Source: a virus
Length of the DNA: 54,450 bases
IMG/VR virus record: IMGVR_UViG_3300048089_000161
Strand: one strand, 5' to 3'
The notes beneath the pieces were generated by a model, which was given only the letters and a program-made list of their open reading frames with translations, ran no database searches and was not told the origin of the DNA. A program made the position numbers and the translations under genes. Positions 15,907 to 25,298 of the stretch are shown here, piece by piece; the first letter of the stretch is position 1; each line of letters begins with the position of its first letter.

Positions 15907-17583
15907 ATGCCATGGCGCGGCCCGGAGTACGAGGGCGAGTTCCCGACGCTCGGTTGGTACGTCATCGACTGGATGATCGGGAATCTCGCGCAGCCCGGCC
16001 GTGACGACGGAGCGCCGTACATCCCGACGAAGGAACAGGCCGAGTTCCTGCTGCGGTACTACGAGCTGCACCCGGTGACCGGCAAGCGGGTCATTCACCG
16101 GGCGCTGCTCAGCCGGCCGCGAGGCTGGGGGAAGTCGCCGTTCGTCGGGGCGATCGCGCTCGCCGAGGCGTGTGCCGACGTCGTGCCGGACGGGTTCGAC
16201 TCGTATGGCGAGCCGGTCGGCCGGCCGTGGCACTCGATCCGTACGCCGCTCGTGCGCATCGCAGCCGTGACCGAGCAGCAGACCGACAACACGTGGATCC
16301 CGTTGTTGGAGATGGCGCGCGGGCGGTCGCTGTCGACCGACTACGGGCTCGAATGCCTCGACACCGTGATCTATCTGCCGCGCGGCGAGGTGTCTCCGAT
16401 CACCTCGTCGGCGACGTCGACCAAGGGTGACCCGGCGTGCTTCGCGTCGCTCGACCAGACCGAGGAATGGACGGCGACCAACGGCGGCGTGCGGCTCGCG
16501 AAGGTGATGCGGTTCAACGCCGCGAAGCTGGGCGGCAGCCTGATCGAGACGCCGAACGCGTACACGCCGGGTGGTGGCTCGGTCGCCGAGCAGTCGGCAT
16601 CGGACTATCAGGCGATCATCGACGGCCGGTCGCGGGCGCGAGGGATCCTCGCCGATCACCGTGAGGCGCCGCCCGAGACCGACATGACCGACGAGCAGTC
16701 CCTCGTCGCCGGCCTGCGGTACGCGTACGGCGACAGCAGCGATCACCCCGACGGGTGCGTGCTGCACGATCCGCCGTGTGGGCCCGGCTGGTCGCCGATC
16801 GAGCGGCTCACGAGCGAGTTCTACGACACGTCGAACGAGCCGCAGGATCTGCGGGCCGACTTGTTGAACCAGATCACGCACGCGGCCGACGCGTGGCTGA
16901 CCGAGCCCGAGGTGCGGGCGTCGTCCGACGTCGCCCGCGTTGTGCAGCCTGGCGACCGGATTGTGATCGGGTTCGACGGCTCGCGGAAGCGCGCGCGTGG
17001 GGTGACCGATGCGACGGCGCTGATCGGGTGCCGGCTGTCGGATGGGCACCTGTTCACGATCGGCGTGTGGGAGCAGCCCGAGCGGCCGCAGCTCGGGCCG
17101 GATGGCAAGCCGATCGAGTGGCAGGTGCCCGTCGTCGAGGTGCTCGCCGCGGTGCACGAGGCGTTCGCGACGTACGACGTGGTCGGCATGTACGCCGACC
17201 CCGCCAAGTGGGAAAGCCACGTGGCCGATTGGGAAGCGGCGTACGGGCCGCGCCTGAAGGTGCAGGCGACCCGGCAGCACCCGATCGAGTGGTGGATGAC
17301 CGGCGGTCGGTCGGTACTGATCGTGCGGGCGCTGGAGAAGTTCCACACCGCGCTCACGGAGGGCGAGTTGACGCACGACAGCTCGTCGGCGCTCGTGCGG
17401 CATCTGTGCAACGCCCGCCGTCGGCCCGGCCGTTCGGGTCTGCAGATCGGCAAGGCGCACCCCGACAGTCCGAAGAAGATCGACGCTGCGGTCGCCTCGG
17501 TCCTCGCGTGGCAGTGCCGCCTCGACGCGATCGCGAAGGGGATCACTGCCGAGGAAGAAGAGATGTTCGGCGGGACGTTCTGA
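15907..17583 (+). CDS. terL: Terminase large subunit
   Basis: 558 aa. It contains 'LLSRPRGWGKSPFVGAIAL' (Walker A-like) and a C-terminal nuclease domain. Its size and position are canonical. Confidence 0.9.
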   Translation: MPWRGPEYEGEFPTLGWYVIDWMIGNLAQPGRDDGAPYIPTKEQAEFLLRYYELHPVTGKRVIHRALLSRPRGWGKSPFVGAIALAEACADVVPDGFDSYGEPVGRPWHSIRTPLVRIAAVTEQQTDNTWIPLLEMARGRSLSTDYGLECLDTVIYLPRGEVSPITSSATSTKGDPACFASLDQTEEWTATNGGVRLAKVMRFNAAKLGGSLIETPNAYTPGGGSVAEQSASDYQAIIDGRSRARGILADHREAPPETDMTDEQSLVAGLRYAYGDSSDHPDGCVLHDPPCGPGWSPIERLTSEFYDTSNEPQDLRADLLNQITHAADAWLTEPEVRASSDVARVVQPGDRIVIGFDGSRKRARGVTDATALIGCRLSDGHLFTIGVWEQPERPQLGPDGKPIEWQVPVVEVLAAVHEAFATYDVVGMYADPAKWESHVADWEAAYGPRLKVQATRQHPIEWWMTGGRSVLIVRALEKFHTALTEGELTHDSSSALVRHLCNARRRPGRSGLQIGKAHPDSPKKIDAAVASVLAWQCRLDAIAKGITAEEEEMFGGTF

Positions 17584-17585
17584 GG

Positions 17586-18071
17586 TCAAGTCAGCAAGGT
17601 GTGAGGAGGCGGCGGCGTTTCGTCCGGCGCTTCCTTCGGGAGCGAGATGCGGACGCTGCGGTTTCGTCCGCCGACTTTCATGTGCAGCGAGTAACTCAGC
17701 GTGTAGCGCTCTCGGTAGACAAGAAGCCGGGTCGCGGGGGCCGTGAGCTTGATTGACGAGTTACCCGACAAGCGAAGCGGCAGTGCCTTGTCGAACTGTG
17801 GAGAGAACACGTCCATATGACTTCGGCGGTCGTTGTACATCCATTCGACATTGAGTCGTTCGACATCGATCGTCGTATCACCCCGCCCTGTGTTGATCAC
17901 TTCCAGTTCGAGGGCTGCTGTGTCGGGGTCCGGAGTCACGACGTTGCATTGAACCTTGACTGCCGGTCCTCCCTTGCGGAGTGCCGCCAACGCGACGCCA
18001 GCCGCGCAAACAGCGACGACAAGGGAAGCGAGTGCGATCGTCGGCGTCGCTTCGGTCGGGATGAGCTGCAT
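17586..18071 (-). CDS. Reverse-strand membrane-anchored protein (moron) between terL and portal
   Basis: 161-aa ORF on the opposite strand with lower GC. It has an N-terminal TM 'IALASLVVAVCAAGVALAAL' followed by a beta-rich domain. Confidence 0.6.
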   Translation of the reverse strand: MQLIPTEATPTIALASLVVAVCAAGVALAALRKGGPAVKVQCNVVTPDPDTAALELEVINTGRGDTTIDVERLNVEWMYNDRRSHMDVFSPQFDKALPLRLSGNSSIKLTAPATRLLVYRERYTLSYSLHMKVGGRNRSVRISLPKEAPDETPPPPHTLLT

Positions 18072-18147
18072 CGCAGCAAAGTAGCGCAGCGCGGTAGCCC
18101 GGATCCGAGATCCGTACGAAGTCGTTCACGAGAGAAGGCGGTCCGCC

Positions 18148-19572
18148 ATGCTTGACGAAACCCCGGACTCGCCGGACTGGTGGCTGTTGCGCCTCGGCCG
18201 GAAGCTGCGCAAGCGGCAGGGGCGGCTCGACGAATGGTGGCGCTACTACCGGGGCCGGCCGATGCTGCCTGAGCTGCCGAAGAACGCCGAGGCCGCTTTC
18301 GTCGACTTCCAGCGCAAGAGCCGCACGAACTTCTGCGGACTGATCGCCAACGCGTCCGTGCACCGCCTCAATGCGCTCGGCGTGACCGGCCCGGACGGCG
18401 AGCCCGACGCGAACGCCTCTCGCTGGTGGCAGGCGAACCGGCTCGACTCGCGGCAGAAACTCGTGTGGCGCGTGGCCATGGCGCAGAGCGTCGGGTACAT
18501 GTCCGTCGGCCCGCACCCCACCCGGACCGAGGAGAACGGCCGGCCCTCGCCGCTGATCACGGCCGAGCACCCGAGCGAGGCGATCGTCGAGACCGATCCG
18601 GCGACGGGCGAGCCGTACGTCGGGCTCAAGGCGCGGCACGACGACGTCGACGGCTACGGGTACGCGTGGGTGCTGTTCGACGACACCGTGTTTCCCTACC
18701 GGACGACCGAGCGCTGCTACGGGCGGCGGCTGCCGTGGGGGCCTGACTCGTGGGAGTACATCGGCAAGAGCGACCAGGGCGAGCCGCACGACCTCGGGAT
18801 GCTGCCGCTCGTCGAGTTCGCCCGCATGCCCGACTTGGGCGAGGATCCCGAGCCTGAGTTCTTCGGCGTCCTCGACATTCAGGACCGTGTGAACCTCGGC
18901 GTGTTGAACCGCATGGCGGCGTCGAGGTACTCCGGGTTCCGGCAGAAGTGGATCAAGGGGCACAAGTTCCGGAAGCGGATCGACGAGGCGACCGGGCTCA
19001 CGGTCGTTGAGCAGCCGTTCGTGCCCTCGCCGTCCGCGGTGTGGGCGAGCGAAGGGGAGAACGCACAGTTCGGGCAGCTCGACGCGACCGACCTGTCGGG
19101 GTTCCTGAAAGAGCACGAGTCGGATGTGCGCGACATGCTGATCGTGTCGCAGACTCCCGCGTACTACTACGCCGGCGACCTCGTGAACATCAGCGCCGAC
19201 ACGATCGGCGCGCTCGACATCCTGCACGTGGCGAAGATGCTCGAACACATCGCGTCGTTCGGCGAGCAGCTCGAAACCGTGATGGCGCTTGCGGCTGCGC
19301 AGGCGGGCGTTCATGCCGACTACACCGAGGCCGAGGTGCGGTGGGCGAACCCGGCGCACGTGAGTCTCGCGGTCAAGGCCGACGCCGCGACGAAGCTCAA
19401 GTCGATCGGCTACCCGCTCGACATCATCGCCGAGCAGATGGGCGAGACGCCCGCGACGGTCCGCCGAATCACGGCGGGTGCCGCCTCGCAGGCGTTGCTC
19501 GCCGCCTCGCTGCTGCCCGCGAACCCGGCGCCGACGGCGGGCAATCTGCCCGAGGACGGTACCGGTGGGTGA
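18148..19572 (+). CDS. Portal protein (SPP1 gp6-like)
   Basis: 474 aa. 'WWLLRLGRKLRKRQGRLDEWWRYYRG' is a typical actinophage portal N-terminus. It follows terL. Confidence 0.9.
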   Translation: MLDETPDSPDWWLLRLGRKLRKRQGRLDEWWRYYRGRPMLPELPKNAEAAFVDFQRKSRTNFCGLIANASVHRLNALGVTGPDGEPDANASRWWQANRLDSRQKLVWRVAMAQSVGYMSVGPHPTRTEENGRPSPLITAEHPSEAIVETDPATGEPYVGLKARHDDVDGYGYAWVLFDDTVFPYRTTERCYGRRLPWGPDSWEYIGKSDQGEPHDLGMLPLVEFARMPDLGEDPEPEFFGVLDIQDRVNLGVLNRMAASRYSGFRQKWIKGHKFRKRIDEATGLTVVEQPFVPSPSAVWASEGENAQFGQLDATDLSGFLKEHESDVRDMLIVSQTPAYYYAGDLVNISADTIGALDILHVAKMLEHIASFGEQLETVMALAAAQAGVHADYTEAEVRWANPAHVSLAVKADAATKLKSIGYPLDIIAEQMGETPATVRRITAGAASQALLAASLLPANPAPTAGNLPEDGTGG

Positions 19573-20368
19573 GGCGCTGCAGGCGGCGCTCACCGACCGG
19601 TACAGCGCCCTGTCGACGTCCCTGCGCGATCGTGTCGTGTCGTTCGCCCTCGCCGCGTTCGACAGCCTCGGCAGCTACCGCGACGCCGACGCCGCCCTGT
19701 TCATCGAGCGGGCGCTGCCGGTCGTGCTCGCTGCTCAGCAACAGATGGGCGCGATCACGGACGCGTACCTGTCGGCGATGATCGCCGACATGACGGGCGG
19801 CGCCGCCGCGCCGACCGGTGTCGTCGTCGACGAGGCGGTGCGGGGCGTCGAGCCGGCCGAGGTCTACCGGCGCCCGTTCGTCACCGCCTATACGGCGCTC
19901 TCACGCGGGACCGACTACGTCGACGCGGTCGGGCAGGCGCGTACGCGGTTGCTCAGCATCACCGAGACCGACATGCAGCTCGCCCGTACACAGGCGGCGC
20001 GGCAGTCGATGACCCGCTCGGGCGCGCAGTTCTACCGGCGCCGCATGACGGGCACCGGGAACTGCGCGTTGTGCGTGATCGCCTCAACGCAGCGGTACCG
20101 GGTCGCCGATCTGATGCCGATTCACCCCGGCTGCCACTGCGAGCCCGAGCCGCTGCCCGGCAACAAGGATCCGGGGCACGTCATCGACGAGCAGCTACTC
20201 AAAGACGCGCACGACGCGATCGCCCGGGATACCGGCCAGAGCGACGCCGGCGGCCGCGCCCCCGACTACCGGCAGTTGATCATCACTCGCGAACACGGCG
20301 AGTACGGCCCGCTGCTCGCGGTCCGCCGACAGAACTTCACCGGACCGGACGACATCCCGGCCGCGTGA
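19565..20368 (+). CDS. MuF-like minor capsid / head morphogenesis protein
   Basis: The GTG at 19565 overlaps the portal 3' end. The 'CALCVIAS...PIHPGCHCEPEP' motif is typical of SPP1 gp7/MuF family C-termini. Confidence 0.75.
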   Translation: MGEALQAALTDRYSALSTSLRDRVVSFALAAFDSLGSYRDADAALFIERALPVVLAAQQQMGAITDAYLSAMIADMTGGAAAPTGVVVDEAVRGVEPAEVYRRPFVTAYTALSRGTDYVDAVGQARTRLLSITETDMQLARTQAARQSMTRSGAQFYRRRMTGTGNCALCVIASTQRYRVADLMPIHPGCHCEPEPLPGNKDPGHVIDEQLLKDAHDAIARDTGQSDAGGRAPDYRQLIITREHGEYGPLLAVRRQNFTGPDDIPAA

Positions 20369-20426
20369 CGTACGGCGCCGACACGGCGCACCCTCGCTCA
20401 CCCCACCCGACACGGGAGACACAGCC

Positions 20427-21173
20427 ATGCGCGCACGCACCCTGCCCACCCTGCCCGGCATCGAGTCGGCATGGTCGCACCCCTACCCGACCCACCCGTT
20501 CTCGCCCGTGTTCTACGCGGACGGCGACGACAAGGGGGACGGGAAGGGCGACGACAAGGGCGGTAAGCCCGACGCCGACAAGGACGGCAAGGGCGGCAGC
20601 ACCGACGACACCAAGCCCGACACGGGCAAGGGCGACTCGGACGTCGAGAAGTGGAAGGCGCAGAGCAGGAAGCACGAGGCGCGCGCCAAGGAGAACGCCG
20701 ACGCCGCGCGCGAACTCGCTGAACTCAAGGCCGCGAACGCCACGGACAGCGAGAAGGCGATCACCGAGGCAGTGACGAAGGCGGTCGCCGAGGAACGCTC
20801 GCGCGGCGCTGCTGCCCTCGCACGGCAGGTGTTCCTCGCCGGCGCGTCCGGCCGCCTCGACAACCCGGCCGACGTCGTCGAGGACGTGAACCTGTCGAAG
20901 TACATCGACGCGAACGGCGACGTCGACGAGGACGGGCTCACGAAGCTGATCGACCGGCTCGCCCCGAAGAAGGGCGACGGCAAGGGCGACGGAGACGGCG
21001 ACGGAACCGGCGACGGCGACGGCGACCAGGACGGCGACCGCGACACGCACCGCCGACGGGGCGCCGGATACCAGGGCACGCGTCGGCGCTCGGGCGACGG
21101 CGGCAAGGGCGGCGGCATCGAGGCCGGCCGCGAGCTGTATAAGACGCTGCTCGGCGGCGGCGACAAGACCTGA
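20427..21173 (+). CDS. Scaffolding protein
   Basis: It has a coiled-coil core and highly charged GDGKGD low-complexity repeats. It sits between the MuF-like and capsid genes. Confidence 0.7.
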   Translation: MRARTLPTLPGIESAWSHPYPTHPFSPVFYADGDDKGDGKGDDKGGKPDADKDGKGGSTDDTKPDTGKGDSDVEKWKAQSRKHEARAKENADAARELAELKAANATDSEKAITEAVTKAVAEERSRGAAALARQVFLAGASGRLDNPADVVEDVNLSKYIDANGDVDEDGLTKLIDRLAPKKGDGKGDGDGDGTGDGDGDQDGDRDTHRRRGAGYQGTRRRSGDGGKGGGIEAGRELYKTLLGGGDKT

Positions 21174-21190
21174 TCCAGGAGGGATCGCAG

Positions 21191-21583
21191 ATGGACCTCA
21201 CACAGCGCACGACCACGTACGCGGGTGACGATCAGTCGTGGCTCGGCTCCGAGCACGGCACGCAAGCGACCGAGTCGATCGCACTCGACACGTCGCTGTT
21301 CACCCCGGCCACCCACTACCCCAACGGGTTTTTCGTGAGCGGCATCCCGCTCGGGAAGATCACGGTCGGCGGGAAGTACGGCCCGTACAGCGACGCCGCG
21401 AACGACGGCCGACAGACCCTCGTCGGGTTCCTGTTCGCCGCCGTCGGCGCCCCGTCGGTCAACACGATCGACCCGGCCGGCGCCCTGTTCACGCACGGCA
21501 AGGTGCGCGAGTCGCGCCTGCCGCTCGGTGCCGTCGACGCCGCCGGTAAGGCCGACGTCGCCGGCTCGATCCGGTTCGTCTGA
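21191..21583 (+). CDS. Head decoration protein (lambda gpD-like position)
   Basis: 130 aa, immediately upstream of an E-like major capsid gene, with a beta-rich composition. Confidence 0.6.
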   Translation: MDLTQRTTTYAGDDQSWLGSEHGTQATESIALDTSLFTPATHYPNGFFVSGIPLGKITVGGKYGPYSDAANDGRQTLVGFLFAAVGAPSVNTIDPAGALFTHGKVRESRLPLGAVDAAGKADVAGSIRFV

Positions 21584-21597
21584 GAGGAAGAGAAGAG

Positions 21598-22644
21598 ATG
21601 AGCTGGACTCTCGATACTGAGTTCATCGAGCCGACCGAACTCACCGGCCTTATCCGGGCGGCGCTCGCCGATCTGCAGGTGAACAAGTTCACCCTGTCGC
21701 GGTGGCTGCCGAACGTGTCCGTCGACGACATCACGTACGAGTTCCTCAAGGGCGGCGGCGGGCTCGCCGAGGCGTCGAGCTACCGCTCGTGGGACGCCGA
21801 GTCGAAGATCGGTCGGCGCGAGGGACTCGGCAAGGTCATGGGCGAGCTGCCCCCGATCTCCGAAAAGATCATGCTGAACGAGTACGACCGGCTGCGCCTG
21901 CGGAAGCTGGCCCGTGACGAGGCGCTGCCGTTCATCGCTCGTGACGCCGTCCGCCTCGCGAAGAACATCGCGGCGCGGTTCGAGGTCGGGCGCGGGCAGA
22001 CCCTCGTCAACGCCGCGATGCCGGTCGCCGAGCTGCAGCAGACGATCGACTTCGGCCGCTCGGCCGCGCACTCAGTCGTCGCCGCGACGCTGTGGTCGGA
22101 CCACACCAACGCAACGCCGCTCAGCGACCTGCAGTCGTGGGTCGCCACGTACGAGGACACCAACGGCGAGAGCCCGGCCGTGATCCTCGCGCCGAAGATC
22201 GTCGTGCAGCACATGACCATGTGCGCGCAGGTCATTCGGCAGGTCTACCCGCTGGCCCCGGCCGGCTCGGCGCCGATGGCGACGAACGACCAACTGAACG
22301 CCGTTCTCTCCTCGATGGGGCTGCCCCCGGTCGAGATCTACGACGCGCGCGTGAAGGTCGAAGGCGTCTCGACCCGGATCACTCCGGGCAACGCGCTCGC
22401 GCTGCTGCCCGAGCCCGGCTCGACGTCCGCGGCGCAGCCGACCGACCTCGGCGCGACGCTGCTCGGCACGACCGCCGAGAGTCTCGAAGACGACTACTCG
22501 CTGCAGCCCGGCGATCAGCCCGGCGTCGTCGCTGCCACGTGGAAGACGAAGGACCCGGTTCGCCTGTGGACGCACGCGGCCGCGGTCGGCATCCCGGTTC
22601 TGCGCGAGCCGAACCTCACGTTCAAGGCGCAGGTGCTCGCATGA
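21598..22644 (+). CDS. Major capsid protein (lambda gpE-like)
   Basis: 348 aa. 'TELTGLIRAALADLQVNKFTLSRWLP' and its overall length match the Phage_cap_E family pattern. Confidence 0.85.
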   Translation: MSWTLDTEFIEPTELTGLIRAALADLQVNKFTLSRWLPNVSVDDITYEFLKGGGGLAEASSYRSWDAESKIGRREGLGKVMGELPPISEKIMLNEYDRLRLRKLARDEALPFIARDAVRLAKNIAARFEVGRGQTLVNAAMPVAELQQTIDFGRSAAHSVVAATLWSDHTNATPLSDLQSWVATYEDTNGESPAVILAPKIVVQHMTMCAQVIRQVYPLAPAGSAPMATNDQLNAVLSSMGLPPVEIYDARVKVEGVSTRITPGNALALLPEPGSTSAAQPTDLGATLLGTTAESLEDDYSLQPGDQPGVVAATWKTKDPVRLWTHAAAVGIPVLREPNLTFKAQVLA

Positions 22645-22979
22645 GTCGACGACTGATCGCGTACGTGCACGTTGACGGCGTCCCGTACGGGCCCGACGAC
22701 GAGGTGCCGCCGAGGGTGGCGAAGCGGATCGGCGACCACGCGTGGACCGATGCCGATTCCGCGGCCGAAGTGCCCACGCCCACGCCCACGCCCACGGGCG
22801 CGGGCGACGGTTCGGGAGACGAGGCGCCGCCTCGTTCGGGCCGCGGCTCGGGCGTCGAGGCATGGCGGGCGTACGCCGAGCAGCACGACGTCGAGGTCGC
22901 CGCCGAGGCGAGCCGCGAGGAGATCATCGCGGCGTGCGAGGCGGCCGAACTCGTCGAGCCCGAGCAGCTGAAGGAGTAG
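22641..22979 (+). CDS. Hypothetical protein with a C-terminal HeH/SAP-like motif (112 aa)
   Basis: ATGA overlap. It carries a Pro/Thr linker with the extended copy of the dispersed motif. The C-terminus is 'EAWRAYAEQHDVEVAAEASREEIIAACEAAELV'. Confidence 0.65.
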   Translation: MSRRLIAYVHVDGVPYGPDDEVPPRVAKRIGDHAWTDADSAAEVPTPTPTPTGAGDGSGDEAPPRSGRGSGVEAWRAYAEQHDVEVAAEASREEIIAACEAAELVEPEQLKE

Positions 22980-22983
22980 GGCG

Positions 22984-23418
22984 GTGGCGGACGCGTTCGC
23001 GACGGTCACGGACTACACCGACCGCGCCGCCGTCACCCTGCCCGAGGGCAGTCCGAAGCGGAAGCAGGTCGAGGTGTACCTCGACGACGCGTCGGCGATC
23101 ATGCGGCGGCACATCCCGACCGGGCACACACCGGACGAGGCGACGCTGCGTGCGATCTGCGTCGCGGTCGTCCGGCGGGTCATGGCCAATCCGGGCGGGT
23201 ACCGGCAGCGCACGATCGGGCAGTACTCCGAGTCGCTCGGCGAGGACGGCGGGCTGTACCTCACCGAGGACGAGATCGCTCAACTGCAGCCCGAGGACGA
23301 GAGCGACCCGGACGCCGACGCCGCATACTCGGTCGGGCTGCGCGACGAGGGGCTGCCGGGTTGGCGGCCGGATCCGTGCGACTGGCAGCCGCTCGGCTGG
23401 ACTCGGGGCAGGCGGTGA
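22984..23418 (+). CDS. Head-tail connector/adaptor protein
   Basis: GTG start. 'FATVTDYTDRAAVTLPEGS...VEVYLDDASAIMRRHI' is typical of gp6-like adaptors. Confidence 0.7.
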   Translation: MADAFATVTDYTDRAAVTLPEGSPKRKQVEVYLDDASAIMRRHIPTGHTPDEATLRAICVAVVRRVMANPGGYRQRTIGQYSESLGEDGGLYLTEDEIAQLQPEDESDPDADAAYSVGLRDEGLPGWRPDPCDWQPLGWTRGRR

Positions 23419-23774
23419 TCCCCGAGGATGTACTGCCGCACCTCGTCGACGTCGAGCATCCCGGCCGGACAACCGACCGGTACGAGAACGAGGTCGACGA
23501 CTGGTCGCCGGCCGCGACGACGCACGCCGAGGTCGCCGCATGGCTGCAGCAGAACACGGGCGCCGAGGACAACGACCAGCGGTCGGCACAGATCGGCGAG
23601 TGGCTCATGGTCTGCAACCCGGTCGACACCTCGGGCAACCCGCTCACGGTGTACGGCAGCGACCGCGTGCACTGGCAGGGGCTCGACTTCGAGGTGATCG
23701 GCCCGCCCGGACCGGCGTACACCCCGGCCGAGCTGCACCACTACGAGATCAGGCTCAAGACGGTCGAGGGGTGA
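23415..23774 (+). CDS. Head closure / head-tail joining protein
   Basis: GTGA overlap; ~119 aa; position in the connector cluster. Confidence 0.6.
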   Translation: MIPEDVLPHLVDVEHPGRTTDRYENEVDDWSPAATTHAEVAAWLQQNTGAEDNDQRSAQIGEWLMVCNPVDTSGNPLTVYGSDRVHWQGLDFEVIGPPGPAYTPAELHHYEIRLKTVEG

Positions 23775-23778
23775 TCGC

Positions 23779-24057
23779 ATGGCCCGAACGAGGTTCGTCC
23801 CCAACCGCCGCGGCATCGCGAGCTTCCTGCGCGCCCCGGAGACTCGGGCGCTGATCGAGCGCAAGGTGCGGGCGATCGAGGCGGACGCGAGCGCGACGGC
23901 GCGGGCCGAGGGGTGGCGCGGCGAGTTCCGGGTCGACGTCGAGACCGGCGAGCACCGTGTTCGCGGCGCCGTCGTCGGCGACTACTCGACCCCGTACCCC
24001 GAGGTGTCACGGCGGGCACTGCTGCGCGCCCTCGACGCCGCGCGGTCGGTCGAGTGA
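23779..24057 (+). CDS. Neck/tail component (HK97 gp10-like position)
   Basis: 92 aa; called from its position in the conserved gene order. Confidence 0.55.
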   Translation: MARTRFVPNRRGIASFLRAPETRALIERKVRAIEADASATARAEGWRGEFRVDVETGEHRVRGAVVGDYSTPYPEVSRRALLRALDAARSVE

Positions 24058-24464
24058 TGGCGGCACCGGTCGAGTTCCCCGACGCCGTCGCCGTCGTCCG
24101 CACCTACCTGCAGGCGGCGCTCGACACCGCTGGTCTCGGCGTTCGGGTCGTCACCCGCGTGCCGAGCCCGCGCCCCGCCTCGTTCGTACGGATCGAGCGC
24201 GTCGGAGGCAGCCGGATCGACCGGATCACCGACCGGCCGCGGCTCGACTTCGAGTGCTGGGGGCCGGACGAGGGCGCCGTCGCCGACCTCGTGCGCGTCG
24301 CGCGGGCGCTCGTGTTCGCGATCCCAGGGTGGCGAGGTGCGGTCGCGTACGACGTCGTCGACGTCGGCGGTCCGAACACGTCGCCCGACTCCGAAAGCGG
24401 CCAGGAACGCGCCTCGTTCGCCGTCGAGGTGTCCCTGCGGGGCAAGGCGCTCGCCGCCCCCTGA
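24057..24464 (+). CDS. Tail terminator / tail completion protein
   Basis: TGATG overlap; 135 aa; immediately upstream of the major tail gene. Confidence 0.6.
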   Translation: MAAPVEFPDAVAVVRTYLQAALDTAGLGVRVVTRVPSPRPASFVRIERVGGSRIDRITDRPRLDFECWGPDEGAVADLVRVARALVFAIPGWRGAVAYDVVDVGGPNTSPDSESGQERASFAVEVSLRGKALAAP

Positions 24465-24538
24465 TCGGCTCACCCGCCACCCTGCCCACTCACCCCGAGC
24501 CGCGCGCCGGCCGGGGGTTTCCCACGGAGGGAATCAGC

Positions 24539-25195
24539 ATGTCCACACCGACCCCGGTGTCGCTCGAAACCGGGCTGCACACCGAGTACATCCGCAAGCA
24601 GCTCGTACAGGCGATCTTCGCGGCGGACATCTCGACGGCCGTGATCACGAACCCGTTCGACACCGACGGCAACCTCGTCACGATCCCGGCCGGGTTCGTG
24701 CCGATCGGCTACACCACCGACGACGGAATCAGCTTCCCGAGCGATGTGTCGATGGCCGACGTCACCTCGTCGCAGTCCTCCGAGCCGACCCGCAGCGACG
24801 TCGAAAGCGACGTGCTCACGGCGACGTGGTCGCCGCAGGAGACGAACGCGGCGACCGTCGCCATGTACGAGGGGCTGCCCCTGTCCGGCACGGGCGCGCT
24901 GCCTGCGATCGGCTCGGCCGCGTGGACGTGGGACCGGGCCAAGTCCGGGCGGAACCCGTTCCGCCGGCTGCTGTTCATCGGCCTCGACTACGGCGACGAC
25001 GGCGGAGAGATCTACGTCGTCAAGTTCATGCCGCGCGCCCGGCTCAGCGACAAGGACGACGAGACGTGGTCGCGGGCGGACCCGACGACCCGCCCGGTCA
25101 CGGTCACCGCGTACCGCGACAGCACCGTCGGCACCTCGTGCCGCAACTGGATCGACGGCCCCGGATGGCGCTCGCTCGCCCCGTCCGGCGGCTGA
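24539..25195 (+). CDS. Major tail protein
   Basis: acggaggg RBS, then ATG at 24539; 218 aa; canonical position before the G/GT chaperones. Confidence 0.8.
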   Translation: MSTPTPVSLETGLHTEYIRKQLVQAIFAADISTAVITNPFDTDGNLVTIPAGFVPIGYTTDDGISFPSDVSMADVTSSQSSEPTRSDVESDVLTATWSPQETNAATVAMYEGLPLSGTGALPAIGSAAWTWDRAKSGRNPFRRLLFIGLDYGDDGGEIYVVKFMPRARLSDKDDETWSRADPTTRPVTVTAYRDSTVGTSCRNWIDGPGWRSLAPSGG

Positions 25196-25298
25196 CGGTC
25201 CCTCATGACCGGGCGGGGGACGGCGGTTCTGGGTGAGCCCCGACCGTCCCTCGCCCTCGAACGCTCACCTGCAGCTCACCCGAGAAAGGCACACGATC

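Noticed and set aside
22773-22796. Four tandem CCCACG hexamers, considered as a possible CRISPR-like or microsatellite array.
   Set aside because: The units are far too short, have no spacers, and lie inside a coding linker (PTPTPT). They are treated instead as an expansion of the dispersed 24-nt motif.
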